The position numbers and the translations under genes are program-made. Below are positions 21,458 to 60,918 of a stretch of DNA of 64,000 nucleotides, piece after piece. Positions within the stretch are counted from its first letter, which is position 1, and every line of letters starts with the position of its first letter. The stretch comes from Amoebidium appalachense (taxonomy: Eukaryota > Protista > Ichthyosporea): positions 3,400,047 through 3,464,046 of the forward strand of contig CAVNZM010000004.1 of assembly GCA_963693365.1 (NCBI GenBank), in the 5' to 3' direction. Below the pieces are notes generated by a model. That model was given only the letters and a program-made list of their open reading frames with translations, made no database searches and was not told the origin of the DNA.

Positions 21458-22957
21458 CACACACACGTGTACACGTCATGTACACACAGAGAGAGACACA
21501 GACACAGACACAAGTACATGTACGTTTTTAAACAAAAAAAAGCGGTAAATATCCACATATTTCTTGTACGTTCAGTAGTATCTCCACATAAAGTTTGTAT
21601 CCCGTAACGTCGTTTTTTACAAGTCACTTGTTGGGTGGAAGTATTTTTGGCCTGGTGCCGACACCTCTTCACAGCTCACATACATGTCGTTGAAACACTG
21701 GCACATTCTCCTCCCTTACGTATGCGTACATACGTATACAAACAATGTTCCTTTCGAATTCCCTATTATCACAGCGTACGCGTTTCAGCTGCAGGACGTC
21801 CCGGACGTTGCAAATTCTTCAAACGTCGACTCCAGTGGTATGACATGTTTCTTTCTTTCTTTTCTTTTTTACCCCGGTGATTCACTTGACATGATATGCA
21901 AAGACACGTGCATATGGGAAGCGCGTACGGTGGTCATGGTGGAGGTTTCCCTTCTTTTTTTTTTTTTTTTTTTTTTTTGCTCTTATCCTTTGATCAAAGC
22001 AAAAGAGCAAAAAAAAAGAAAAGAAAGGAGGGGCTCAACAAACCATGACCGTGGGCACAGCCCGGACCTCAAATGCATCTGATGCTCCAGGCGTGTCTCG
22101 TGCACGTGGTGGGCTATCAAAATATCGGCTAGGACAATAAGGTGCATCACCATTAACATTAGGGACTCAAAGCGGCATTCGAACGACACGTGATGAGATG
22201 ACCAGAAAACTCGATGTATAAAAAGACTGAGAGAAAAGATGGGAAATAGATCAATGTACAAGGAGCCACTAGAGGAAAGACAACGGTCATACCATTCGCT
22301 TAAGCGTCCAAAAAATAACCTAGTTGCTATACTAAATGTGACCTTGGTAGCCAATCGTATGTGTTTTCACGCGCTAGAATCCGTCCAAAGCATACAAAAT
22401 AAGCAGTAAAAGTACTATAAGACTCTGATCGTTGCAGCAAATGTACATATTAAGCACTTGATCTTTCGTGACACCGTCATGAACAGAAACATGTGTGATT
22501 ATGGGTTTTGTCCAAATGTGAGCTCGTGTGTGCACGTGCATGTGTTGTAAGAGCTAAATTGTGTCTCTGTGTACGGATGTATGAATAATGCTATCACACA
22601 CACATGCAGAGGCATCAAAGGGGGTGCACCACGTCCACCTCCCTATCCATACGTGTGCCTATGGCTTTGCACGTGCCGGGATGTGTCTGCGCTGTCGACA
22701 TCATCATACTCTATGCACATTATAATTAGGCACACACACCCTCACCCTCACTCGCACCAACATACACATATCATTACGCACCCACGCCAACCTCTGCCCA
22801 AACATCCTACTTCAAGATTTTCCATCTCCCACATTTCCCAGCTCTAAATCTATGTCTGTGGTGCTTCTGCCGGCCGTCCCGCCTCGTCCTGCAGTGTGCG
22901 CTCAATTTTTCCTTGTCCGGACGTCTTTTTGGCTTTGCGTTCTGGGTGCGTTGAAGC

Positions 22958-23138
22958 TCACACATGGGCCCCTCCTCGCTCTGTTAAGCAGGTGGATTTC
23001 TGCGCGCGTGTGTATGTGAAACTGTGAACATGTGTATACAGCGGTGTTGCGTGCGTACTCCTAAATGCAGGGCCTGGGTGTCTTCATGTGCACGTGCTAG
23101 GGGGAGCCTCAGGGGAGGAGGGGAGGAGGGGAGGGGCG

Positions 23139-23208
<70 letters not shown>

Positions 23209-23484
23209 ATGTGTGCATGGGAGGATTGGATTTACGGTGGAGGAGACATCAAAAGACAAACACAAGACACAAAAAAATACATAAACCAGAAATCAAACCT
23301 TTTTATTAAAAAAAACAAAAACGCAGGAAAAAAACGTGCAGGCAGGAGACACGAACAGCGCCCCGCTTTTGGGCTGGGGGGGGGGGAAGAGGGGGGGGGG
23401 GGGGGGGGGGGGGGGGGAGCGAGAGAGACCAAACACCACACACACGCGCGTGCGCGCGCGTACAAGCACATACACACGCGCGCG

Positions 23485-23568
<84 letters not shown>

Positions 23569-23605
23569 GAGGGAGAGAGACAGGGAGCAAGACTGAATGA
23601 GAAAG

Positions 23606-23637
<32 letters not shown>

Positions 23638-24884
23638 GGGGGGGGGGGAGGGGGTTGGGGGGGTTGGGGGGGTTTCTAGGTTGTACCCTGCGCCTTGTGA
23701 TGTACTGCAGTATGCTCTTGTTTGCATCCAGCACAGGGGTGATGGTGGTCTCGCACACAAATGCCCGGCCATTCTTGCGCACCCCCACCGTGATCCCACT
23801 CCACTCATGCCCTGAACACAAACACCATGACGTCATGATACCGTCACCACCACAGCGATTATGGCAGACACACATACAAATACTCATGTCAAAGAGCAGA
23901 TACCGATTACTTGGTTGATCCTCCCCCCCTCCCCCCCTCCCCCCCCCTCCCCCACCTCCTCCCTCACCCCTTCCCTCCACCCCCTCTTTATTCCCGACCA
24001 CACCATAAACACCAAATGGCCTGTGTGTTGATTTACTGTCACTCCGTAAATGCCCCTCTTCTTGTCTCAGACCCCCCTCCCCCCCCCCCCCCCCCTCCCT
24101 CCCCCCCCTCTTTCCTCCCCCCCCCCCCCCCCCCACACACACGCGCACACCCCAGGCCACGCACGTACACAAACAGCCACCCACCTACCCAACCACACAC
24201 ACACATACTGGCGCGCACACACACACACACACTCATGTACATGCACATGCACGCATGAGAGCACCCGCACAATCGCATGACATGCCCTATTCCAACCTGC
24301 CCTACAACCTAACCTCTCCCCCGACAGCGCACACACACACGTATAGACCCACCACCCAGTCATCTAGCACACCACTAAACACAACAGAAAGCACAGCAAA
24401 ACAGTGAGCTTGAAAAGAACACGACCAAACACACAAAAAAACAGTACAACAGTGGGTGTGAAACACATATATAAACAAAAAGAAAAGAAGAAAGAAAGAA
24501 AAAAAAAAAAACCAGGCCTACCCTGCTCCAGACTAGTCTTGATGTGTTCGCTGCGTGTGCGCATAAACGGGCACGTGGGACAGTCCACCAGATCGTGCAC
24601 GAGCTGCCTTACCACCTCCTCTCGGCTGTACCTGTAAAAAAATGTGTGTGTGTGTTTGTAACTGTCTGTAACCATATGCACAATTTCTTAATTAGTGCCC
24701 ATAAACATGCGTGTTGGGGTTTTGAAGGGTGGATGCACACATGACAAAAGCGGAACGTGGTGAATGGTCTGGTCTAAGAAGCGGTAAAAGCATTGGCCAG
24801 TTTTCGGTCCACTGATATACTCTATCAGCTCATGCACTTGTTTGTTAGTCACCTTGTAGATCCTGTACACTTTTCACCGGCCCC

Positions 24885-24921
<37 letters not shown>

Positions 24922-25694
24922 TCCCTCCCTCCCCCGGGATAAAAAAAAAATAAAAAAATAAAAAAAGGAAACATGCACCATGCACCAGGCACACGCAAAA
25001 CACCACGCACACACACACGTACATACTGTCACTGCCAAATAGCAAACGTCGCCAGAGCACCACACGCCTTGGCATCACACCCCACCGCCTATCCGTCCAC
25101 CTGACAAGCACACTCAAGGACCCAAAAAAATCAACGAAACAATGCAGGATGAATAGCTAATGCATAGGCTAGAAAAAAAAATCTGTCTGCCCCAGGCCTA
25201 ACTCCACCAAGCCATGGTAGGGCCGCAGAGAGATTAAGGTGCAGGTTGGCTGTGTGCCCAAAAACAGTCAGCTGTGGCTACGAACAGACACACACAGCTG
25301 TATCAGAAGGGCAAGGGAAAGCAAGGGCAAAAAAATAAGGGGAGAAAAGGCTCAATACATGCAACGAAATGTGCTACTCCAGTTCACAACATGTGACGAG
25401 GTCACGTGCCTCTTTACGCATACGCAAATCAAGCACACACACACTTGCACGTATCGAACAAAAAATCAGGTACACACGCACACACACACACACACACACC
25501 TTCACGAGCATGCAATGACCAACGCACGCACACACGCAGGCACGCACACACGCACGCACGCACGCACACCCAACCATCCGCCCAACCACACACCCAACCA
25601 CACACACACACAAACACACGTGCGCGAGCACAAACACACACACACTCACACGCACGTGCGCGCACACACACACACAGATTCCCCCCCCCCCCCT

Positions 25695-25733
<39 letters not shown>

Positions 25734-26245
25734 ACACACACACGCTTGCGTACACGTACCCCAGCACGATCTCCCATGTTGGGTCGACGAAGATAAACCT
25801 ATGGTCTGCATCTGTGACCTCCAGAGTGGTAATGGTGCTGATTTCAAGTTTGGCTGCTAGGGCTTCTCTCTCAGTCTTCCAGGCCTCCTTCTCTCGTGCA
25901 AGCGCCTGTGCGGCAAATATGGTCAAAACCGCGGCATAGACGAGGCAACATAAGGGGTTGAAGGGGGGGGGGGGGGGGGGGGTTCCTGCGGGAATTTCCA
26001 GTTTCAATCTGCACTGACCAATATGAGTTTAGGTATTTAGGGGGTTTTTTGAAGGGTACTCCTGCAAAAATTTTGCATTTACAATGTGCACTGGCCAATA
26101 TGAGTTTAGGTATTGCGCAAGGACCCAAGCACAGACTGCTACACGACACATCGTCTTACGCCCGACTGCCCGCCCGCCCGCCTGCACAGATATGGAATGT
26201 CAGGAGACGGAGAAGACAAAAGCCCTCCCCCCCCCCCCCCCCCCC

Positions 26246-26290
<45 letters not shown>

Positions 26291-27690
26291 ACCGCCCCTC
26301 CCGTCCGCCTTCCTACGTCCACATCTCTCTCTCGATTCCTCTAAAAGTCTCTCCCTCTCTCTCTTTCTATTCCTTGCTCTAACCCACCCCTTCTCTTTCT
26401 TTTCTCCATCCCCTCCCTCTTCCCCGCCGCCTCTCTTTTCTTCCTCTTCTCCTTTCCCCTATTCCTCCCTCCCTCCCTCTCTCTCTCTTCCGGTTTCCTT
26501 TCCTCCCTTCCCCTCTCCCTCCTTCTCCCTCCCCCCGCCCCTCCCCACCCCCCCCCCCCCCCTCCCCCCCCTCCCCCCCCCCCTTCCTTCCCGTACCTCT
26601 GCGGCCTGCCTTGCCTCTGCGTACTTGCTGCTCGTCTCCTCAAGATACTCCGTGGCTTTTTTCAAAATTGTGATCTTCGTGGGGTTCTGCATCTGCACAC
26701 ACACACACACACACACACAGACACACAGACACACACAGACAGACACACACAAACACATGCACGCACACACACACACACACACAGTCACATGGTCAGGGCA
26801 GACCAATCTAAGTGCTATTTTGCATTCATTACGTCAACGATTCTATACGGGCAAAATATGAAAACGGTGACGGACCATGTAGTTTCTGTGACCTACCCAA
26901 AGGTATAGATGAAGCCCATCAGTGCCCATGACATATTGGTAGAAACAATATACGGGATCTGTTTTTATAGGCATGTGTGTTCCAGCGTGCTTAGGATTTC
27001 ATGTGTGTGGGAATGTGCGTGTGGTCGTCACTGGGACAATGTGGTGGAGCGTGTATGGGTAGCCTTTCCGTATTCTTCCGTTCTTTTCTTGCACTTCACT
27101 TGTCTTATTTTTTGCTCTCTGTACCTGTATGTATACTTCTCTTTCTCTCCATTTCTTTCATCCACCTCCCTCACCTAAAAGCCACATACCGTTGCCGAAA
27201 ACGGAGATCCTAGGACCACGTTTGCATTGCTGGGCATATTGTCCCAGCGCATACCATGCGCCACATGCAACTCGTGCCCGCGAATCTTCAACTCGGGCAA
27301 TGGTTTCGGCCTGTATGGATCTTCGGAGAGTTTGTTGCCTTGGCTGGGTGGCGGCTCTGAATCGTACATGCGTTTGTTTTCTATTCTCAGCAGATTACTA
27401 TGATTTGGCTTCTTTAGGGGTCCCTTTAGTAGAGGTATGTGCTCTGCGTAGTACCGGGTCATTTGGTCGTTTGTGTTGCTTGGATGTCGCTAGTCGGTGT
27501 CGCTTTCTGGTTGCTCGCTGAATGGAAAAAGACACGTTAATCATTGACTTGGGAAAAAAAATTATGCCCCACCTCATCCTTCCCGGGATAACAGTTTTTC
27601 CCTACTTCTTGCCCCTCTACCATTTCATTTCCTGCATCTGGGTCCCCTTCTCCTTCTTTTTACAGGCGGGCAGGGTCGGGGGGAGGATGG

Positions 27691-27729
<39 letters not shown>

Positions 27730-28055
27730 GGTGGGTGGGTAGGGGGGGGGGGGGGGGGGTGGTTAGAAAGCGTGACGGAGTACATAGGGATTGGCTAGCA
27801 TAGCGAAATAAGAATAGGAAGCTAGAGAGGTATAAGCAACAAAACACAACAAAACACCCTAGGACAGGCAGATGTTGGTCACCTTTCCTCCTGGCGGGCA
27901 CGGTTGACTGGCTTCCTGGGAGAAAGGCACACCATAAGGAACTGAAGCGCCCAGTCTTAGCCTATAGCCGGCTGTTTTGCGAGATCACTTGAAGCAGACA
28001 TACATAGGAAGGCAAAACGGCAAGGCGGCAGGGGTTGGGGTGGGAGTGGGGGGGG

Positions 28056-28086
<31 letters not shown>

Positions 28087-28234
28087 GAGTTTGGAAAATT
28101 GTGCTAGAGAAGGTGGGGCGGATTGCAGTGGGAGTAGAGGCGGGATGGATAGTGGGAAGAGGAGTGAGGGGGCGCCACAGAAGGGGGGGGGGGGGGGGGG
28201 GGGGAGAAGAGGGGGGGATGATGGTTTTTTTTTT

Positions 28235-28273
<39 letters not shown>

Positions 28274-29337
28274 ATGCTTGTGAAGTACGTGTTTCCCCAC
28301 TGAGAATCTGCTCTTAGAAGTTACAAAAAAAAATGTAGCAAACCTGGGGGTGATAAACCCAGGAAGAAAAAATGACATGCAGACGGAAGCAATGAGAAGC
28401 ATGCCTCATATACAGCCAGGCTGTAGAGCCGTCTGAGAAAGCAGCATGTGGAGTCGCAGATGAGATTGGACATGGTCCATCGCACAGTTTCAAACTACAT
28501 TTCCAGATTATTATTCACGTGAGCAACCAGGGAAATAAATAACAGCAACAGAGCGGGCAGCATATGGAGATAAAAAATTGGGTAGAAAGAGAGTAAAAGG
28601 GTGATGCTGTTTAGGTGGATGGGCGGAATGGGGGGGAGGGAGAGAGGCTAGAGTTGCAATCATTGGTGGTGAGGGACATCAGGGATCTGGTGTGTATGTA
28701 TTGGTAAGCGTATATCTGTTTGCCAAGGAACCGAAACCACCGCACATCGGCCTCGAACAATATTCATAAAAATGAAGAAGGCACATGTTGAAACAAAGCA
28801 CCCACCCGGTAAGTCTTCTCTCTACAGCTCTGCTTGACCGTACCCGTCAGAGACCTTCACCCGTTTTGGGACCTCGACAACCCCAAACTCCTCGTCCTTT
28901 TTGGCTGCACTGGTGCGTCTTTTTCCTCCCTGATGGTCGCTTCTTCCATCTTCTCCCCTGTCTTCCTTCCCTCTCCCTGTGCCTGTTCTGCAGAAAACGT
29001 GATAGCTAGATGTTTGCTTTTGTACCACTGCCCTGGTTCCTGCTGCTCCAACATCATTGGCTTCACCATGAGTTCTTCCAGAAAAAATTACTACTATCGT
29101 AACTTCTCAGAGCAGAAACCAGGAAGAAACAACTAGCCAACTTTCGCCTATTTACAGGCACTAAAAACCCACCGCAAAAAGGGCGTGTCAAACCAGCAAC
29201 AAAGTGGGGTACAGGGGCAGCCCAGATAGCTCAACACCTCAAACGTGAAGATGAGGAAAGGAAAGCGGAAAAAATGCTTCACAAAGCCAATACGCACTTC
29301 TTTTAGCGGCAGCTTTTGTTCTGCCCCAAGAGCTCAT
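22958..29337 (-). pseudogene. Gene B: chimera of gene A 5' exons (decayed) and gene C 3' exons (intact helix2-zipper-PAS-PAC); pseudogene or truncated functional gene
   Basis: The A-derived exons carry a frameshift and TAG stops (~28822, 27490-27492). Fusion exon 27517-27190. C-derived exons 26692-26597, 25905-25760, 24631-24522 and 23811-23687 keep the same lengths and splice sites as in gene C. The last exon, 22999-22958, is frameshifted. An open ~263-aa frame runs from ATG 27462. Confidence 0.8.
25181..25313 (-). ncRNA. Putative intronic H/ACA-type small RNA (copy in gene B)
   Basis: 133-nt island near-identical to 47978-48110 and 48480-48612. Two hairpins with a terminal ACA-NNN. Confidence 0.55.
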
Positions 29338-30943
29338 TTTGCTGGCGACCTCATCGGGCACTGGCAGTGCTTGACAGGTTGCTTGCGTTTCCTCTCTACT
29401 CAGCACATCATCCCAAATATTACTCAGCAGCACAAAAATGATCAGATAGAGTAACAAGAAGCAGGTTTACGCGTTCAAATTTGCTTTTACCAGCAAATCT
29501 GATAGACTCAATCACTCGCTTATGGAAATTGGTTTGCATAAAAGATAGTGTTTCAGGCATGGGAGGCAAAGCACATCCGAGGTCTCTCTCTTTTATGAAA
29601 GGCCACTAGTGACTTCTGTCCGATGTAACTGCGACGGTAGTAAATAAAGCTCCTATATATAGCATTGTTCTTTAATGAACATTGGACTTGAAACGCGCAG
29701 CCTTTGAACTGTACTTTATCTTCTTCTCTCTCTCTTTCTCTTTGTTTTCTCTCCCTCTCTCGCTCTCTTTCCCTCGCCGAGTCTCGATTGACCAGTACAA
29801 TCCCCCAAGATCGATCTCCTAGATTTTGGCGCCAAACCTAATAGTAAGCCAATCAACGCAGCCGCACGGCCCCGGGGCCGGAGGGCATGCCGCGGTATTT
29901 GTATACCGTGGCACAAATCACATACAAAAAGGCATATATTTATCTTATAAAGAAAATACAAGGTGCTTTTGAAAACCTTCACTTTAAATTTTGATTGCAG
30001 CTGAATCAAGGCTTCCTATAAGCAAACATAGGAGGCTTGTCAGTGAATCGATCAGCAAACCTTGCGCATGCAGAAAACAGGGCCCGGCCCCGGCCTGGCA
30101 TGCATTCGCAACCTCAGGGCCGGCTGTGATGCATAAGGCTTCAGTTCTTTGGCAAAATTTCAAATGATCGTGAAAGACTTGTAACACGGACTGTGATGCA
30201 GAAAAGAAAACAATCACAATGGAATGGAGTGCTAATTCCTCATTTTAAGCGGGCCGCCGGTCGATTTGAAACTGCGGCCCTCAGACACGTGCCACTGTGC
30301 TAGTCGACGTCGTCCAGGTGTAAACCCAGAGGAATGCACAATCTGTTCTATCACCTAAAAAATCATCACAGCGTAGATTTGACCCAATCATTGACTGTCT
30401 TCGCACATTCCAAACGCATACCAAAGATAAAACATCCGAGGAGGACACAGTGGTCATGACGGTCTCGGCGCGTGGGCCTTTAATGGCCCCAAACTTCCAA
30501 TTCCGCAGCTTACTTTCCTGACATTTTACAATTCCCTTTTATAATATTACTTTTTTTTTTATTGTTTTAGAGAAACTTTTTATTACTAGGCTGCTGTTTT
30601 TGTATTGAGTCGACCTGTAAGTACCGTTCCCTCGACTAGCAGAGATTTGAACCCCATCAGCACCTCCCGACAGAGGTTGGTAACAGGTTGGGAATTAGTG
30701 CCTTTTCACTTCTTGTGAGCGTCCAAGTGGCTAAATTAAGGTGAAACGATTTCACAATTTCCATTCTTCTGAGGGCCCACACGCATTTTTTGGCTCAGCT
30801 TTCGTTGCCATTAGACAAATAACTGGGCCAAGAACAATAACAGTCTCGACAGTGCTTGTGCACCTGGATAAAGAGGGTCTTTACTCTGTTCTTGCGAATG
30901 GTGCGAACGCTCACATCAAGGTAGTGGGTGCAACCGTCTGAGA

Positions 30944-43983
<13,040 letters not shown>

Positions 43984-45556
43984 TTTTAGAAGTTTCTAAA
44001 GCCATTTCAGATTCCTTGTTTCACATTTCCTATAGAGTTCGAACTACCAATAAAACTTACTGCCTATGGCCAGTGTATGGCGGCTAAATAGTGATTGGTT
44101 GTTGAGTGCTGCACATGCTGCACATGATTGGGCTCTGCCATGTAGAAATGTTACCTATTTTGCTGTTATGTTTCAGTGGGTATAGGATGGGGTTCGGGGG
44201 TCGTTGTTTGCGTCTTTCTTGTTGTGCACTGGCCTAATAGAGACATGCGCGCACCGTGTGTTAAGCTGGTACGAGCCTAAATTGGTAGTGTTTGTTTAAT
44301 TTTGTGTTGGGTAGGTGGGAGGGTGAGGTATTAGTGGTGGTGGTGGTTGAGGGAGGGGGGGGGGGGGGGTAGAGTTAATTTAGTTAGTAACAAGAAAAAG
44401 GCTGAACAGTTAGTTCAACTGGCATAGGTATGTGGGAATGTAGGTGCACGTGACGATGAACGGTGGGCTAGAATTAGTGGTGTCGGCACAGCCACTTTCA
44501 ATAGATCAAATTGTGGCTTTTGTTCGAGATTTATACTCTTTTTAAGTTTTTAATGGTAACTAGACAGTGGGTCTTTCGGATTAAAATTTTATGTACCCTA
44601 GCTGCACACGTAAGGTGTAATCCCAAGTAGATTCGACACAGGCTAATGTACACGTGTAATTTAGACTATAAATAGTTCTGCGGTTGTGCACGTTGATTAG
44701 TTGGTATTGAGATATATGCAATGTGGATAACCGTCGAGATATGTCAGATATGTTGGGCGAGATTCGGAAATAAAATGAGCCTTTAAACGCAAGTGCCTCT
44801 CCTTTCCGAGATCTCCGAAGTTCTCTTTATCTTTAGAACGTGATATTTCTTTTTTGACTGCATTTATTTAACCGATATATGAAGGTGTAAGTATGGAGTG
44901 CATACTTGCCAGGCAAGAGAGAGACTTCATGAATTACATGTACATTATGAGTAAGTAAGATGAAGGGGCAAGGGGGATATCGATTCAACACGAGGTGACG
45001 TTCGGAAAAAAAAAAAATCAATATGAAAACAGAGGTGGATGTGGGGAATCAATATCAGGTTCGATATCGATCAATCTACAACGAAACAGGGAATAGACAA
45101 GGGTCATAACATTCGTTCTAAGCGCCAAAAGAAAAAGACAAAAGAGAAAAAATGGTGAAATGAGATCTAACCTAACACCGTGTGTTTTTACCGTGCTAAA
45201 AACTTGCTCCAAGCATTCAAGAGACGCAACCAAAATACTGTACCTGTTAGGTTTGCAGAACATATTCCAACATAATAGTAACATCTCTTGCCACCACCAT
45301 GTACGGAACAAAAAAAGCATAGATTCTAGTTTGCCTAGCCATAACATCGTATATACAAGTGCCACGTGCACGAGGCATGCAACAACGTGTACGTGGCACT
45401 GTATGTGTTGCGAGTGATGAGTAACAGGCCTACCCACATGCGTTAGCAACATACACAATCACACACACACATGCAAAATTATCCGAGTGGTTACGTTCTC
45501 ACAGTGTCGCCTACATCAACCCCTTGCACGAACATTCCTAGTCCCCTAATTTTTTC

Positions 45557-57898
<12,342 letters not shown>

Positions 57899-58287
57899 AG
57901 TGAAAACTTTACCACAACTGCGATCTACAAAAGTAAATATGGTGTCAAGGTGTGTTACAACCCGTGTTACTAAGGGCCCAAAACGGGAACTTCAGTGGCG
58001 TGTCTGTGTTAGGATCTTCAACAGTATGAACCTAGCGACCCGAGAAAACATTTATACTCCAGCGAATATGACAGTACGAAGCTCATTTACTAGATTTGAA
58101 GGTTTCTTTGACACAGAACTTCTCTGAGAATATACTTCAAACTGGCATTCGCAGTCTTCTTGCTTTTTCCCTGACTCCCGTCGAAGCGTGCTTCAACTTT
58201 TCAAGGCTTCTGTTTATAGACCGGTTTAGAAATGATTTTTTTCAAATTCTGCCTAACCTTATATGGCTCACAGGAACAATTTGAATC

Positions 58288-58335
58288 TTGTGATTGGCTG
58301 CGCCAAAAGTAAGGGCCAAGGTAAGGGCCGCTCAG
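58288..58335 (-). promoter_or_regulatory. E2F-like (TTTTGGCGC) and CCAAT motifs upstream of gene C
   Basis: Plus-strand gattggctgcgccaaaa about 400 nt upstream of the ATG, plus a direct repeat of gtaagggcc. Confidence 0.35.
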
Positions 58336-60182
58336 GCGGTGACAGGCCAAAATCTCAGACCGACAGCCTCTCAAAAGCAGTTAGGCCCCGATTTTACTTA
58401 GAAAGTTGGTTTTCGGCCATAAGATGAAGTTTTAGCAAATAAAAAGACGCGCAAAAATGATATAGGCAGTCGGGGTGCTCCGAGAATGCCTAACACGCTG
58501 AAATCTATCGATCATCAAAACCCGTCTTGCATAGCCTCCTACCACCCTGTCTCGAGGTCGATCGTCTATAATGAAATTATGGTTTTTGCCTGTTTTCGCT
58601 ACGAAACAGGGGCCGGACACCCCATGTTGCTTATACAAAAATTGCTTGTTGCTTTGTTTATCAAATTATTTACTAATGGAGCAAAACCCCTTTTCTATTC
58701 AAATTAGTGATTTCAAGCATTTTAAGCAGGATTTGGTATATGACCGCCCATCACTCAGCCCTTCATTTCGCCAGTTCGGCTGGCTGGATCTCCCTAGATC
58801 AAAGCAAACACATTGAGAGTCTCAATTAGTAAATCTAAATTGGTCTATATATGGTAGATATCTGGATCACCAAAGCTCGGCTGCTGAATGACCCCCCCGA
58901 AATTACCCAGACATTGTGGCTGCCATTTTTTGTTATACCCGGTAACCCATAACTCACAAAAATCCATAAGAAGCGCATCAGAAAGGAGATGCTGTATGCA
59001 GACCGATATAATAAAAGATTGAACTGCTAAGCTAAAGCTTTGGAGATAAAGTATTATGTACAAGCGCCACAGCCAGTCTGAGCCAGATAATAGATATGAA
59101 AATTATTGCTTGTTACTGGATAATTCGTGAAGTTTTTTTTTTAATGTCTTCTCAGTATGCCGTGCATACTTGCATATCTTTCCGTCGAATAAATCCAGTC
59201 AAACGAAAAAAAATGTACAGGCTTTGAAATGCAGAAGGGGGATTTATGCACTTTGTATTGCTGCGGACTCATCGTCCTGCCTATCCTGCCTCACTTGACC
59301 GCCTACTGCGTTTCCAGCGCAGCCAATCAAATACAGCTAGTGACTTATGTAGAACCCCCCATTGCTTATAGGTCACAGGAGATGCTACTTGTATGATTCT
59401 CCTTCCTTTTGATTGGCTGTATTATTTTGGCTCGCGGGTCAACAGGGTCCCCCCAGGGCTTGGGCGTCTTAGGGCAAAACCCGGGGAGTTTGACCGCCTT
59501 CACGGTCGCCGACGACTTTCTTTCCTGTATCGAGGGTTCTCTTTGACGTAAATATGCCGATTTTCATCGTAATTCAACCCCTGCGGGTCGAGTCGTGCTT
59601 GATCCCGAACTGACCCGAGACCCGAGTCCGGGCAGCCGGACCACAGTCACCACACACAGTAAACATCAGTCCGAAAGCTTTCTTGTGGCACGTACTCAGT
59701 GAACTTGTCTGTTAGTGCGTGTGTAGATCCTGAGAATCGAAGCCAAGCATGCGCTTGTAGCTTACGCCACATCTGAAAGCATGTAGCTATTTTGTTAACT
59801 TCTTCACCTTCTTGCAATGTGCTCGTGTTGACGCCACTCCCAAGGAGCTAAAGCTTAATTTAAGGGGGGGTGGTAGTTGGAAATCAGAACACCGAGCTTG
59901 GTGTGCTAGATTGATTTTACAGCAGCGAGCTGGGCAATTAAACACTGGGCCGAGCCGGCCCACGAGGCTGTTGTTGGGAGCCGTGATTGTCAAAGACAGA
60001 GGACGTCTCAGGGAAACGGTGGTCGGAAGAGTACAACTTGACTAAGATACGTCGGACCTCGATCTAATTTAAATTAGGATTCGTCTAAAAAACTTCATAC
60101 TACAAAATGCATACAGCCTGTGAGAGATGACTTTGAGGAGCAAAAATTTAATTAGAAAGGGAGGAGTGTTATACGGGCGGGC

Positions 60183-60214
<32 letters not shown>

Positions 60215-60895
60215 GGGATGTTTGCAAAAGGAAGTTGTCCTGCAGTGAAAGGGAGAGCTGTTCGCGGATCGAGAGAAGCGATGTATTTGCAAAAGTAAGG
60301 AAGGGGTTTTGGGAGAGAAAAACGTGCAAGTTGTTGTGATCACACACGAGTCAGCAACTGATAATGGGGTGTGGTGCCTATGCGGCCGTGCAGGGAGAGT
60401 GCTTACACAGAGAGTCAACAATCTAATGGGGATAATCCCAAAAACAAAACTTCCCTTGATTATACAAATACTGGATCTTTTCGAGATGCTGCTTGTGACA
60501 AACCTTCCCCCCCCCCCCCCCCAGCCTTCACCTACAAGTGCCTGTGTGGAGGCAGTAGCCTATAGGTGGGGAAAGATGGGAAAGACGAGTTAGAAAAGGG
60601 GGAAAGGCTGAGGGGGATGGGAGGAGTAGGGGGACCGGAGGAGGAAGGAAGGGGGGGGGGGGGGGGGGGCTGTAGCAAAAATAAGAAGAGCAGGAAAGAG
60701 GACACGGGTGTAAGCTACAGCCACACGAGAGTGAACAGTAGTAGGCAAAAACATAGCCTGGGGGCAAACGAACAGCCTTTACAGACAACTTTCTTCAATA
60801 TGATAACATAAAGTGGTCGTGTAAACAAAACATGGTGCATTATAGCAAAGCTATTGACGTGCCACGTGTCAGTAAAATAGAACTTCTTTGAAGAG

Positions 60896-60918
60896 TGGGT
60901 GGGTGTTTAAAAACACCC
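60896..60918 (-). terminator. Histone mRNA 3' stem-loop
   Basis: Sense strand reads AAAAATT-GGGTGTT-TTTA-AACACCC-ACCCA, about 40 nt after the H1 stop codon. Confidence 0.85.

Noticed and set aside
27490-28824. TAG codons in gene B aligning with Gln codons in gene A, suggesting stop-codon reassignment
   Set aside because: ROK, TRIC-like, H1 and gene C all end properly at TAA or TAG. These are ordinary nonsense mutations in decaying exons that also carry a frameshift.
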